A DNA stretch of 63,989 nt, filler included, from Ionaspis alba (taxonomy: Eukaryota): assembly GCA_964255285.1 (NCBI GenBank). It is 7 parts of 7 records of this genome, joined end to end, with 100 filler letters (N's around TTAATTAATTAA, not from the genome) between each part and the next. Parts side by side here need not be neighbours in the genome. Positions count along the whole stretch, not along the records: positions 37,349 to 46,549 come from CAXUUL010000684.1; positions 46,650 to 55,850 come from CAXUUL010000685.1; 5 more parts are not named here. One strand, 5' to 3'. Both the position numbers and the translations under genes were made by a program. Each line of letters begins with the position of its first letter. Positions within the stretch are counted from its first letter, which is position 1. Positions 37,428-50,992 of this stretch are shown piece after piece. A model generated the notes under the pieces. The model was not told where the DNA came from, ran no database searches, and saw nothing but the letters and a program-made list of their open reading frames with translations.

Positions 37428-38493
37428 TTAGACGGTGGTAGTGGTGTTGTTCGTGCCGTTGGAATGACCATTATGCTTCTCGGTCTGGCCACCGACCCGG
37501 CTATGGACATCTTCGTAATCATCTGGGCAGTGTCAGTAAAGCTCGTAGAAAACACAGGGTGACAAGCTTACGAATATGGAGACCAAGATCAGCTGGACTG
37601 ATGTTCCTGTGGCCCCAGAGCAAAAGAGTACCGAAGACCGGCTTGGCCATCACATCGAGAACTCCATAGAAAATAGCCTCGGAATCAGGATGGATGATGT
37701 TGCCTCCCTCGGAAATACCCCAAGCAATCGGGTACAAGAACCACAAACCGATGGTCAGGACACCGCAAGTCAAATAGACCCTGTTGACAGCAGGACCAAG
37801 AGCCTGGGCGTGCTTGCGCGCCACGAACACCAAGACATACACGACGTACAAGAAGGCAATCATGCCGAAGGTGAAGAAACCCCACTTGTAGCTCGACGAG
37901 ACAAGCGCACCAACAAGACCAGTAGTGATCATGACCTCGTCCATCAGGATCGTGATGAGAAGTGTCGGCCACGGGAGTCCCGCAGTCAGAAGCAAGTCCA
38001 ACAACAAGAGCGGTGTCGTGATGACCCAATCGATGTAGCGAACGTAGAAGATCTCACGGGTGAAACCATAAGCTCCGCCCGGGGTGCGGAAGAACTCGAC
38101 ATTGATGGGTGTCTGGCCCAGGTCGGATCCCATGGAGAAGTACGCTATGGCGGCGACGAGGGTGATGGCGGCGGTGATGTAGTGGAAGATGCGGTGGGAG
38201 CGGGGTTTGGTGAAGCTGAGACCCAGGAAGACAAGGGTGGCGACGGTCATGATGGCGCAGACGGTGAAGTACCTGGAGAGAGAAGCATTGTTAGGATGGA
38301 TGAGTATACCTTGTGTACGGATTGAGGTGGACAGACCAGTCGGAGCCATGGTTGGTGATTTTGATGTCTGCGACTCCGCCGATACCAAAGTTCTACAATA
38401 GGTTAAGGTCAGTTGGCAGGTCTTAACAGTGTGTAAACAAGGTGCAGGTGGGCAGAGGAAACATACGGTATTGAGAGCCTGATTTCCCGACAT
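37428..38493 (-). CDS. carO: Fungal rhodopsin, CarO type (proton pump)
   Basis: Exons MSGNQALNT | ...ITNHGSDW | 7-TM body | short tail. RYIDWVITTPLLLLDL gives the D-T-D motif (BR 85/89/96). Schiff-base Lys in LDVMAK. Confidence 0.9.
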
Positions 38494-40347
38494 CGTGACT
38501 CGATATTACACTTTCGGTCTTTACAATGTTCAGCTGAAAGATACTGAAGATGAAACTGTCGAATGTGTGTTACCAGTCAAGATGTGTGGATGGGCAAAAG
38601 AAAGAAGTAAGGAAGGCAAGCGATATTTCAAGCCCTCCCCTTCACTCGCAGGCAATAGCGCGAAAATGACTTCATCCGCGTTTTTCTCTCCCTATCTCTC
38701 GTCTCTCGCATGCTAGGCAAGGTAATAATTACTCACCCCAGATGCGGATCCAGGCAAGACCCATGTGATGAGAGAGCCTTCGTTAGTTGCCTTTCTAGCT
38801 GACCAGCCAGCCAGCCGTTGGAGTGGGAATCTCAGCGCGCCGGATAGCCAGACGCCGGAATACCCAATTCCTTCCTATTCNNNNNNNNNNNNNNNNNNNN
38901 NNNNNNNNNNNNNNNNNNNNNNNNNNNNNNNNNNNNNNNNNNNNNNNNNNNNNNNNNNNNNNNNNNNNNNNNNNNNNNNNCTGCCGATCGGACGTTGCGG
39001 AAGACGATCTGTGCCCTTCCATCTGTGGTTTGCCTCTGGTCGAAGCCTCAGCCATCTAAGCCAGTCATGGTATTGTCGATTTCCTCGATTTCTTGTGCCG
39101 AGCGGCTTGTGTTACAGCCACATGGAAAGCTGTCATGCTACCGTGGCTGCTCTTGACATTTCCTCGGCGACGACATTCGCCATTTTCGCGACGATATCAG
39201 TGACGAGAACTCCGAATCGCACAGATGGGAGTGATTAATCAGATGGTAGGATGGATGTAATTCCCGCGATATCCGGGGTGCATGGTGTTGCAGGAGATGC
39301 CAGCATCTCCACTCCTCGATTCGTCGAAGAAAAGTTGACTCACCATCACATGGTCGAGTTGCATCCATCCACAACAGAAAAGTTTGACAGCGAGGCTACG
39401 ATTACACCATCATTACAATCAGCCACTCATAGCAATCTCCATCCCGGTGGTGTGTAACACGAGACCTGGCCATGGCCTTCGACGTTGGAGGGAATGTCCC
39501 GGGCCAAGCTCCGTTTCGCCAATGATATACTGAGGCAATTCGCCAAACAATTATTAAGCTTATGCATTTCCAATCACAAAATCACGCTTCTCGCCCATCG
39601 CATTATCGCTGCCAATCCTGTGATCCGAGGAGGAGGAAGTAGGTAAGAAAAAGAAAATCCCGCAAAACCGTCGTCCTCTCCTCTTCTTCCTCCTTCCAGA
39701 CCTTTCGCTGGGCAGTAGGTAGCATAACCACATGACGTGCGATTCACAGCATCACATTCCTCACCTTCGACCTGCATCAACCATCTCGCGCCGCTTTACC
39801 TACCCGTCAAACCCAAACATGCATGCATACAGGGATGTGGAGAGCTTGCTAGGCTTGCCGCTTTCCATCCCAAGCCTTGCCGGAATGGTCCAGATCGTGG
39901 CGTCAGCTTAGCGTTCTATCAGACCTTGGAAGGGAGATTACCACCGTAGAAGAATCCTGCTTTTGAGCGTCATAGGGGCTCTTTATTTGAGACAGGAGAA
40001 CTTTTTCGAGAAATCAAGGTACATGCGAAATGAGAATGGATAGGACAGGGCCCAGAGTTGGCCTGGTGCCTGAAGTTCAACGGCGCCGCTTTGTGACCAA
40101 ATCCAACAGAGTGGAGGTACTGCCGCGCACGGACCCCATCGAGCCCTAACACGTGATCAAAACATAGAACACTTTCTCATACAAACCCTCAGAGGGTAAT
40201 AATAATAACATCTCCCATAATATCTATACTGAGAAGAACGTGATTGAAGTCTCCCGTAAATATTTTACTGTGCAAAGTCTATCAACAATGACAATCCCTT
40301 GTCTCCTATCCTTTACCTCCTACCTACTCCATCATCTCCAGACCCCA

Positions 40348-42238
40348 TCACCTCCAAACCCCTTCCCCCCACCCCTCTAAAAAATCAAACCCATATAACC
40401 ACCCCACAAGCACCATGACCAACACCATCAACCCAACATGCCAATTCGAAACCACCGGCCTCCACTGCACCCGATCAATCTCCCTCACTCGACCCGTCCT
40501 CCCTGCCCTCTTCCACGGCACCGCCACCCCCAAATCCCCAAGAACCTGCTCTGCCACAATCTTCCCCCCAGCAAGACAAATCGGCACTCCCGTCCCGGGA
40601 TGCGTACTCGCACCCACAAAATACAAGCCCCCGTACCTCGAATGTTTCGTCGCCGGTCTAAAACTCAGCACATTGAAGAAACTATGACTCAAGCCCAAAA
40701 TAGCCCCCTTATCGAGATTGAAAACCTCTTTCCAGCTGATTGGCGTATTGATGATCTCATGCGCAATGGTCGGCCCGAGATCCGCTCCCGTCCGTGCTTT
40801 GATGGTCGAGAGGACCGTATTCCGTGACATGGTCACCATCGCTTCCCAGTCCTGCGGTGACTTGATATCGACGCCGGAGCCTTCGATGGGATCGAGGAGA
40901 TGGCCGACGGGGACGAGAACAACGACTGAATCTTTCCCCTTCGGTGAAGCAGAGGGATCGATGCGCGTAGGCACGTTGACGTAGAAGGAGGGTTGGGTGG
41001 GGATGAGCTGTTTCTTGAAGATCGAATCGAAGGACTCGCGGTACTCGTCTGCGAGGAAGATGTTGTGAGCTACGAGAGCGGGGAAGGTGGTTGAGAGTGC
41101 CCAGTAGAAGGATATGGAGGAGCAGGAGGCCGCTCGTTTGGAGAGGGACGTTGCGGTTGAAGAGTTGGGGAGCAGGTTGTTGTAGGCGTAGACGAGGTCG
41201 GCATTTATGATTACGATGTCGGCGGTTAGGGTTTCCCCGCTGGAGAGAGTGATGCCTGTGGCGCGGTTGGTGGTGGGGGAGATGTTGACGCGAGAGACGG
41301 AGCGAGAGAGGTGGTAGGTTACGCCTAGGCGTTCGCCGACACGGACGAGGGCCGAGATAATGCTGTGGAAACCGCCGCGAGGGTACCAGATGCCCTCTGC
41401 TAACTAGAATTGTTTATCAGCATTGCCAGTTCAGGTAGTAATATGAAGGATGTTTCAGCCATACCTCTGTATATTGCAACAACGAATAAGTCCCCGGCGC
41501 ATCAAAAGGCGACATGCCCATATACATGCTCCCAAAAGTAAACACCCTTCTCAATCGCTCCGTCCAAAAATACTTCGCCGCCCTGGAATAAATACTCTCA
41601 AACGGATGCAACGTAAGAACCCTCAACAAAAACGACGGTCTCGCCATCGAGAAAATCGACGCAAAATTCTTCTTCAGCACATGCGTAACACTCAATTCAT
41701 AATGCCGATGAGACTCTTGCAAGAATCCCAGATATCGCTCGAAGCCATCCTTGCCCTCCCATTTCTCGATCTCCCGCTTCATTCGGGCCGTATCGGTGGA
41801 GAGTTCGAAGGACTCGCCGTCGCTGAACCAGATGTTGTAGTTGGGCTCGCATTTGAGGAGTTCAACGCCCTCGGCTTCGAGGGAGGTGTCGAGGTCGTGA
41901 AAGGCTTCGCGGAAGAGGTCGGGCAGGAGGAGGAGAGAGGGGCCCTGGTCGAATCGCTGAAATCACGAATGAATCAGTATATAGGTCGGGATGTGGGAAG
42001 GCGGGTGTTTTACGTAGCCCTCATGGTGAATCAGAGAACATCTTCCGCCGGTAAAGTCATTCTTCTCGTATACATCGACTTTGAAGCCGGCCTTTGCAAG
42101 TCGGGCAGCGGTTGCAACGCCCCCCACTCCGGCACCTTTCAGCGCAACAGAGTCAGCGATTCTGTAGACATTAGGTGAAGAGACTGCGATAGACCTACCT
42201 ACGACAATGGCCTTTTTCTGGCCCGTTTTCTCACCCAT
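40348..42238 (-). CDS. carB: Phytoene desaturase
   Basis: FAD motif GAGVGGVATAARLA..G..V.VYEKN; GGRCS; FDQGPSLLL; YMGMSPFDAPGTYSLL; FYVNVP; YFVGASTHPGTGVP. C-terminal hydrophobic tail. Confidence 0.95.
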
Positions 42239-42574
42239 CGTAATTGTTTTCCAGGATGCGTTGTGGGAGACAACATCTTATCATAGTGAATTGAAATGGT
42301 CCATGATGCTTCGAAGATTCGTAGCCCTACGCTAAACTCTCTATGCCGCCCTTGTAGGATCACATGCTTTTACACTTTTGGTGAAAGAGCACCTAGTGAT
42401 GCTACAAGACTAGTCTAATACCAGAGGTTTTCACAATGGCACTTCTACGATATTTAATCGCGACAAGGGGTATTATTATACAGCTAGCTACAAGCAGGAT
42501 CCTCCTGCTCAGGATATTTACATTGTTTTCTGCGCCGATCCATGCCAACATATCCAAAGCCGAACAAGTAGAAG

Positions 42575-44591
42575 TCAGCTCAGTGCATTCCATGCGACTC
42601 TCAATCGTCTCAATTTTGGCACAGTTGCTCGACCTGCCTTGACTGTATAGCCAGGATGTCTCAGCACTCTCCCTATTTCCATGTAGCTCTCCACTGCCAC
42701 TCTCATTGGACCCCTAGCTTCGATTGGGAGTAATTCAATGGCTTCCCGGGCTTCCAGGTAGATGGTCATGGCTCGATCGAGAAGCTCTTGGCGTAGGACT
42801 TCTGCTACCTTAGAGCTAGGATCCTTGATGATATCCTCGGGACCCACGCCCTTGTCCTTGAGCCACGAGGTTGGGAGGTACACGCGTGAGATTCGGGCAT
42901 CGACTGTGATATCGCGCGCGATGTTGACATATTGAAGTGCAATCCCCATTCGACCACCAGCGCTGACAATGCTTCGTTTCGTAGCCTCGGAGGTTTCTGT
43001 GGTTGAATGGTGGAAGACAAGCTCTATACAAGCTTCTGCTACTGTTCCTGCGACGCGAGAAGCATATCTCTGTAGAGCAGATTCGTCGACTATTGGGAAA
43101 GGATTATCACGGGAAGAGAAATCCAAGTCGGTCTCGAAGCCTTTGAGCAGGTCGTAGAGTGGAGTTGGGGATAGGTAAGCAGTGGGTAATAAGTTCAAAG
43201 CTGCTCTGGCAGATTCCGGGAAAGTGGCATTGACGAATTGTGGTATCGAAGAGTATGTAGAAAGTGGTCGAGTGCCGTATGAGAAGTCTAGGTATCGAAC
43301 CATTTCTGTGATCCAATGTCTTGCTTCAGGGATGGATTTTGCGTTATCGACCAGGTCGTCCGCAACTCGGCAAAAGGAGTATCTGAGGCCAATCAGCGAT
43401 AAATATTATATTGCGACTTTGATGACTTACAGCAGGACCAGATCAATTCTTAACCTGCCCTCGAAGACGCCGCTGGCTAGGTAGAAGCTACGGCTCTTCT
43501 TCCGTAGGCGTGCAAGAGCGTCTTGAAGACCATTAATGCGGGATTCGTCATACTTTGAGATTGGTACGAGGAGTGCTTGGACTAGCTTTACAGGTGAAGG
43601 CAGCTCAGGTACGATTGGGAAGAGTGCAGGGAACATCCGTAAGATGGCAAGAGCATTGTCGAAGGCTATGAGGCCAAAAACAATCAGGACATTAGTCAGC
43701 AGGAAGAAAATTGCTTCTCTGCTCGATCATTAGCTGGACAAATCTCTAAAAGTTCGAGATGCACTGACTCGATTTCCAGCCCGTCCCATAGATGCCACCC
43801 AAGCTTGGTACCGCTCTCGATTACCCAGGTTCCGCGCTTCAGAGCCAAGGTATCCACAGCCCACAGGTAAACGGTTGGAACTGCGATTGGTGCTAGTGTG
43901 CTACTCAAAGGAAGCCCGAGTATGAACTGGTACGCAAGAGTCCTGCATTCGTCAGCTTTGAATATACATATCCCTTGGTTGAATTGTCCATACCATAGAA
44001 GTAGTTGGAACGGCAGCGCCCATATGAGGATCAGGCCCGTGTACAAACCCTCGCGCCTCTGATATACCATACTTGCGCCTCCCAATATGCCAGCCACGAG
44101 GATTACCTGTCCCAGTAACCTCCATTTCCGTAAAGACGAGCTAGCTTGCGACTGCTTCCCACACAAGTGAACAGGATGGAGGATTGGTTTGCTAAGGATC
44201 AGGTAGAGTAACGAGGTGTTGTATGTTTGAATGACGAAGAAAAAGATCTCTTCCGCAGGAATGCTGAGGAAGGTCGGTCCAATAATGACATGCGAGGGGT
44301 ATGTCCAGATGCGATTTCGAATTAAGTACGAGTCCCATGGTATTGTTGACAGTACAGCGATCTTGCATGAAATCAATGCTATGCCCTCAACACTCCCATA
44401 GTCCTGGCTGACTTACCACTATCAAGAAAACGATTTTATATACATCGAGACGAGTGAGGAGGGGGCGGTACAACAAAGACAGCGCTACCGCCGGCGGTAT
44501 CGTATAGTACAAGTGACTAGAAGAGGTCAGTGGAACTTCTGGGAGCATTTTTTGAGATACCAACGTACACCAGAGCATATTCATAGCCCAT
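42575..44591 (-). CDS. carRA: Bifunctional lycopene cyclase/phytoene synthase
   Basis: MGYEYALVHLYYTIPP start; hydrophobic cyclase repeats (PWDSYLI, PAEEIFFF); KKSRSFYLAS; CRVADDLVD; LQYVNIARDI; GRATVPK. Confidence 0.95.
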
Positions 44592-45213
44592 TGATTCTCG
44601 CTTTTCCTTAAGACAATGAAGATGTCCCAGTCATGTTCCTCTGCACATTAGGTTTCCTGGTATGGAAGCAACGAAAAAGACGGCAGGACTCGTGAAACTC
44701 TTCTGCGAGTCTGCTGTAACGCAGAAGACTCCACAATACTAATGACACTGCTTGGGCACTGAAGGCCAAATGATTGTTGAGTAGTTACTTCAATTGCAAC
44801 GAGCGGGTGAGGCGATTGACGGCACAACAGAAGAGGAGTACATCGGCCTAGCTCATCGGGGAGCTTGGGGGGAGGGGTTGTAAAAGCGGCGGCTAAAATC
44901 CTGGATATTTCTGCGATCCATGACGTTGTTGCTACCATCCAGCCATCCCGGCTTTCGGCAAGCCAAACTCCGCAGAGCTCCGCTATTATTTGCGCTCATT
45001 TGCCCTAAAAGCCCTGGCGAAATGCACAAGCTTGCAGACTCCACATGATCGGACAGAAATGTATTACTACTGAGCTTCACATGTGCAGATGACGAAGAAG
45101 CCTAGTAGCATGGAATTACATTCCGCTCGCCTCCTTCCCGCCTCACAGCAGCGAGCACGGCGGCGAATATACTCGACGCTTGGAATCCGGTCAAACCCCT
45201 ACGTTTGAGCCTC

Positions 45214-46549
45214 ATGTTCAACGCCAAAGAGGAAAGACGGCGAGAGAACCATGTCCACCCGTATGTCTCGATATGACCAGATCAACTGAATATTGCTGAT
45301 TGCCGGTTGTCTAGGTATCTGGCTGGCAACTTCGCACCTATTCATCATGAACAACCCTTAACGCCATGCACATATACCGGCACCATCCCACAAGAGCTGG
45401 CAGGAGGAGAATATGTACGAAATGGAGGCAATCCTGTCACCAATGAGGATCTTGGGCGCGATGCGCATTGGTTCGACGGCGATGGCATGCTCAGCGGTGT
45501 ATCCTTCACAAGACTAGGGGACGATCAGATGCAGATCCAGCCAGAGTTCGTGAACCAATATGTCTTGACCGACGTCTACATCTCAACCAAAACATCGCCA
45601 TTTCTCAAAACACCGATATTGCCAAGCATCGCGACTCTGGTGAACCCATTGAGCTCCCTCATGACTATTATCCTGCGGGTATTCAGGACAATTCTTCTGG
45701 TTGTGCTGTCCAATTTACCTGGGTCTGAGCAGGCTATTCGCAAGATCAGTGTTGCAAATACCTCGATACTGTATCATGATGGAAGAGCGTTGGCAACTTG
45801 CGAAAGCGGTCCACCTATGAGAATAGCCCTACCTGGCTTAGAGACTGTAGGCTGGTTTAATGGCAAAAGAGCAGAGGGAGAATATTCTGGAGAAGCTGGC
45901 TCAGGCTTTGGCGGCGATGGTGCTCTAAGCTTCATGAAGGAGTGGACAACCGCTCATGTAAGGAGTTGCAAAACATAAGCTAGTAATGATGTAAGGTTAC
46001 TAATAGATAACAGCCTCGAGTCGACCCAGTCACATCAGAGTTCATCTCCTTCCACTCCACCTTCGCTCCGCCATACGTCCATTATTCGATTGTACCTTCA
46101 ACGCTGAATCAGATCTCGAAAGGCCCCCTCGTAGACTCACCCCGACTTTTGACTGCTCCCGTGAAGGGTATCTCTGCTCCAAAGATGATGCACGACTTTG
46201 GCGTCTCCCGGCTACACACCATCATCATGGACCTACCTCTATCTTTGAACCCGCTCAACCTGGCGAAGAACAAGCCTGTGGTTGCCTATGATCCAAGTGC
46301 ACGATCTCGCTTCGGAGTCTTCCCTCGTTATCAACCACAAAATGTGCAATGGTTTGAAACCAATGCGTGCTGTATATTTCATACTGCCAATTCCTGGGAC
46401 ACTGTCAAGCAGGATCCTACATCAGGACAATATAGAGTCACCGCCGTCAATATGCTAGGGTGTCGTCTGACTTCTGCCTCCCTCGTATTTAGTGCTGGTG
46501 ATCTCGCTGCTCCTGTTCCATCTCAAGCTATACCCAAGCATATGCAGGA
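45214..46549 (+). CDS. carX: Carotenoid cleavage oxygenase (retinal-forming CarX type), 3' truncated by gap
   Basis: HPYLAGNFAP, YVRNGGNP, HWFDGDGM, VANT, TTAHP, MMHDFG, IFHTANSW. Divergent from carRA. Confidence 0.9.
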
Positions 46550-47699
46550 NNNNNNNNNNNNNNNNNNNNNNNNNNNNNNNNNNNNNNNNNNNNTTAATTA
46601 ATTAANNNNNNNNNNNNNNNNNNNNNNNNNNNNNNNNNNNNNNNNNNNNCATCAACGTTCGCAGTAAAAAGATCGGCGAGGCCTTTGGCGCGTAGCATTT
46701 TTCCTGAGGGTCTCGGAATTGGCTCTGCGGATGCAAAGCCGGACATAATAAGGAATATGAACCCGCCTTTTCAGGATGAAAAAATTGATCTTGGATCTGA
46801 ATCTCCGCAGTACCTCCCAGCTTTCCTTGCTCTCCCGTAGTGACAACAGTCAGCCCTAAATGCTGGAAGCCTGTTCAACGCATAGGATATTCAAGTTTTC
46901 GAGCCATACATATGTGCAGAGACAAACGTCGATGAACTTGCATCTGCACTAACTCGAGACAAAGTCTTAAAACGCTTCCTCGCAATTCAAGCATTCGTTT
47001 CTCCCTAATAGAAAATTTCGAGACCTCGGAGGTGGTCAATCGGTTGTTATTTTGGCAACGTGATATGTGATCTGCATAAATCTGCACAAGTCTTCTTGGC
47101 AAATGCCCTTTCTTAATCACTGTTCAAAGTGTCTGGATGCCTGAGTGAAATTCGATCTGTTCGTCGAAACTAAAATACGATAATACTGCCACTGGAGCGT
47201 GATGACTGTCGAAGAAGATATGGAATATTCCTGTGCGGTGTCAAAAGCTGTTCCACCCGTATAGGGGTGCAGAACCACTGGGACATTCAAAATTCGATGC
47301 GGCCAAAACAATCTTTGAGGTCGACCAACCTCCACAGCTAATCATTCACTCCGCAACCAAGAATTGTTGTTAATGCTGTGAGAGCCTTGCTCTGTATAGG
47401 GCCTCCCTGAAACTACGGGCTCTATGAAAGCAGCGGGGAAGCTTCCGGCAAACATGCGGTTCCACAGACCCCACCATCGTCAATGTTGTTGCACGTCATA
47501 GCCATCTAAGTGTTTAGAGTTATATCATTCGGTCCATGTTTCGCTCATTGAAACTATATGTTCCTCATCCGAAAGCTCACTTCTGTTCCATCTCTTCAAT
47601 CACAAATTTCCAACCTCGCAAATCCAGGTACAATGCTTCCATCCACTCCGAACGGCTTTTCATGACTGACGGAAACCAGTTAGGAGACCACTCGCAACC

Positions 47700-48870
47700 A
47701 TGGCTACAGACACGTCCAAGTACCTCCTGAACCGTGAGAACACCACCCTTGCCTTTGTATAGACAACTCTGAGCATTAATTAGACTCAATGCTTCGAATC
47801 AAGGATCCGAAAGCGTCAAGTATTTTACTATGCACAAGCCACCGAATGTTACCAGCCTGATGATCCGCAGTGAAGTTCTACGAATTCCTCGGCATGAAGA
47901 AGATCAACCAAATGGACTTCCCTGATAATAAATTCTCCCTCTACTTCCTCGCTTATGATGACGAGAAAAGCGCCAGTCCCGGTGCTCATTGGACAGCCCG
48001 TCAAGGTGTCTTGGAGCTTACCCACAACCATGGCAGCGAGAGTGACCCAGACTTCAAGATCGCCAATGGCAATTCGGACCCGGGAAAAGGCTTCGGCCAT
48101 GTCTGTGTCAGTGTGGACAACATTCAAGCGGCATGTACGAGACTTGAGGATGCGGGATACAAGTTTCAAAAGAAATTATCAGATGGTCGTATGAAGACCA
48201 TTGCTTTTGCTCTTGATCCTGATGGGTATGCACACGAATGCCGTCCTTTGATCCGAGGCTAAATCCGGGCAAAGTTACTGGGTCGAGATCATCGGCCAGA
48301 ACCCAGCAGACAAGACCGAAGACGTGAAAGAGACAAATACCGGGTCCTACAGATTCGTGCGCGCTTCCCCTTCCTCGATCCCGAAGTACTTTTCCCACAC
48401 TCTCACCCGAAGCTAACACTACTTCTTCTCTCCAGAACCACACCATGATCCGCGTCAAAGACGCCGAGGCCTCTTTAAAATTCTACCAAGAAGTAATGGG
48501 CATGACCCTGCTCCGCACCTCCGAAAACGCTTCCGCAAACTTCAACCTCTATTTCCTCGGCTACCCTTCAGACGCACCCACACAAGCCCACCGCGAAGGC
48601 ATCCTCGAGCTGACCTGGAACTACGGCACAGAAAAGGACGAGAACTTCTCATACCACAGCGGCAATGCAGAGCCAAAGGGGTTTGGACATATTTGTGTGA
48701 GTGTAGATGACTTGGATGCGGCTTGTAAGCGGTTCGAGGAGAAGGGCGTGAAGTGGCAGAAGAGGTTGACGGACGGGAGGATGAAGAATGTGGCGTTTGT
48801 GTTGGATTGTGATGGGTATTGGATTGAGGTGATTCAGAACGAGAAGCTGAAGAGCACAGGTGCTTGGTAA
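47700..48870 (+). CDS. GLO1: Glyoxalase I (lactoylglutathione lyase), two-domain
   Basis: Duplicated motifs: HSMLRIKDP/HTMIRVKD, LELTHN/LELTWN, GFGHVC/GFGHIC, DPDGYW/DCDGYW. Confidence 0.95.
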
Positions 48871-49055
48871 GATATCAGCAATATCATTTCAGAACATTGG
48901 CTCGAACAGCATCAAGACATGAGTGCAAGTCATCCAGATTTTCAGTACGTGATCCATGCAATTAAATAGCAGAAGGCCGCAACAGGGTATCATGCCAAAA
49001 GATCACGTCGTTCAACCCCTATATCTCCTCTCCCCTGTCCTGAGATCACCTTGCT

Positions 49056-50992
49056 TCAATTTCCCATCCCCACCCTCCTCCAAATCGCCACAAACGCCGC
49101 TCCCGCACTGACCACGGCGCCTAACGCAATATACAAATTCGTCCTATCAACCTCCTCCTCCTGTTTCGGAAACCCCGTAAGCGGCCACATCGCCGTTTCC
49201 GCGATCTGCACAAACAGTTCCGAAATACTCTCCCACGTCACACTCACATGCAGCGGCTTGTTCATGCCAAGCGCAACCGTATACTCATCAGGCTGAACCT
49301 CAGACCTCTGCGTCGTCTTATCCTTGTCCGCTTTCAGCGCGACGTATAATGCGGGCAGGTCATCCAGATGCGGGTATTTGGTCCGAAGGGAGGTGATGTG
49401 CGAGAAGGAGTCTGGGTCGCTGGAGTCGTAGGTGTAGACCAGGATGTCGCAGGCGTCGAGCTTGGATTTGTTTTCCAGAATTGCGGGCTCGAGCTCGCCG
49501 AGCTCTTCGAGAATGAGGTAGCATTGCTTGCCGCCGGGTAGCTCGACGCTGTTGACGGCTGTGCGGGGTTTGATGGTCGGGTGGTAAGTGGCGGAGAAAG
49601 GTCGCGAGAGGAAGGCGTCGAGGAGCGAGGATTTACCGCTTCCGGGCCCGCCGATGATGTATGCGAGGACGACGTTACGCTCGACGCGGCCAGGGCGCTT
49701 TCGTCGTTTGCGGGCTTTTGTTACTTTCAAGGCGGCGGCTGTGGTGGAGCGAGTGTCTGGAGGTTCGAAACCTAGATAAGCGAGATAGGCGAGGGTGGTT
49801 TTAGGGTCGGTGAAGGTCGTCATGCTCCATTGGGCGAGCCAGCCTTGGAGTGTGATGTGTCTGGCTTCGTTACGGACGGTGCAGGAGGGGAAGGAAGAGT
49901 CAAGCCAGGTGGGAGGTAGGCCAGGGGCGGGAGAGAAGAGGGCTGCGAGCTCGGAGTCGTTGAGACCGCCGTCGTTATCTTTGTCGAAGAGGAGGAAGAG
50001 GTCGACGAAGAAACGGTAGCCTGAAGGGGACAGCTCGGCAGAGGAGTGTTGGGGGACGTCAAATTTGGGGTACAGGAAACTGTCGCGTAGGCTGAGACTG
50101 TCGGTGTAGTTGAAGGTGCGGAGGATTATCCAGAGGGTTTCGTGGCGGCCTTTTTCGACGAAGAGTTTGTTGAGAAGGAGGAAGCCTTGTTGATTGAGAC
50201 CTTTCTCAGAGACGGTGTCTGGGGACGCTTTTCTGATATGTTGTTTGATGTTCGCGAGATCGTCGTCCCCCAAGGGTTTGCCGAAGCATTTCATCTGGAA
50301 AGCGTGCAATTCTTTGTCGCTAAGGTAGCCATCTTGATCTCGATCACAGAGATAAAAGATTCGACGTAGAGCCGATGCTGCTGCAGGCTTTAGAACTGAT
50401 TCTTTCGAGTCGAAAAGAGGCGCTATGGGGTGTGTGACCGCCTTCTGACACAGAAAGAAGACCTCGTTTATGTTGTGGTGCTCTCTTGCACTGGTCCGAA
50501 TGCAGGAATCAATCTCTTTAAACTCTACCATCAACGGTAACATCTCCTCGGCCACAATCTGAGATGTATTTGTGTTTCCGGACAGATCTGATTTGTTGGC
50601 ACATAGAACCACTGGAACATTGACACCCAAGGATCGGAAGTGTGGCATCCAGAACAAGGCAACGCGCTCATAGCTGTAGTTGTCTGAATAGACTAACAAG
50701 ATGACATTTGACTTTCTGATCTCCTTATTCAGCGCTGCTCGCTCCTGCGGCACTGCCGACGTGTCGACGATGGTAGTGGTGACATTTTCCGGGGTACCGA
50801 TACCGGGAGGGATGGTGATTTGCGGCAGCACGGGTTGTATCTTGGATGTGACGAAGACATCTTTGACTAGAGAAGTGATGAGGCTTGACTTGCCAGTGCC
50901 CTCGTCACCACAGACACAGATACGGACTATAGTATATTAGCAAAGCCTGAAGTAGTTCTTCAATATTTGCAATCTAAATCACCGGTAGCCAT
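49056..50992 (-). CDS. GEM1: Mitochondrial Rho GTPase Miro
   Basis: [15 protein letters not shown], two EF hands ([16 protein letters not shown]), second GTPase GGPGSGKS and a C-terminal TM anchor. Confidence 0.96.

Noticed and set aside
37576..38325. 249-aa ORF antisense to the opsin (likewise 58099-58674 antisense to TBP, 41450-42178 antisense to carB, 11235-11939, 60019-60744)
   Set aside because: Shadow ORFs arising from the codon bias of the real gene on the opposite strand; no recognisable motifs.
44592..45213. Specific light-response (White Collar) elements in the carRA/carX promoter
   Set aside because: No clearly repeated GATC/GATN-spaced motif could be distinguished from background by eye.
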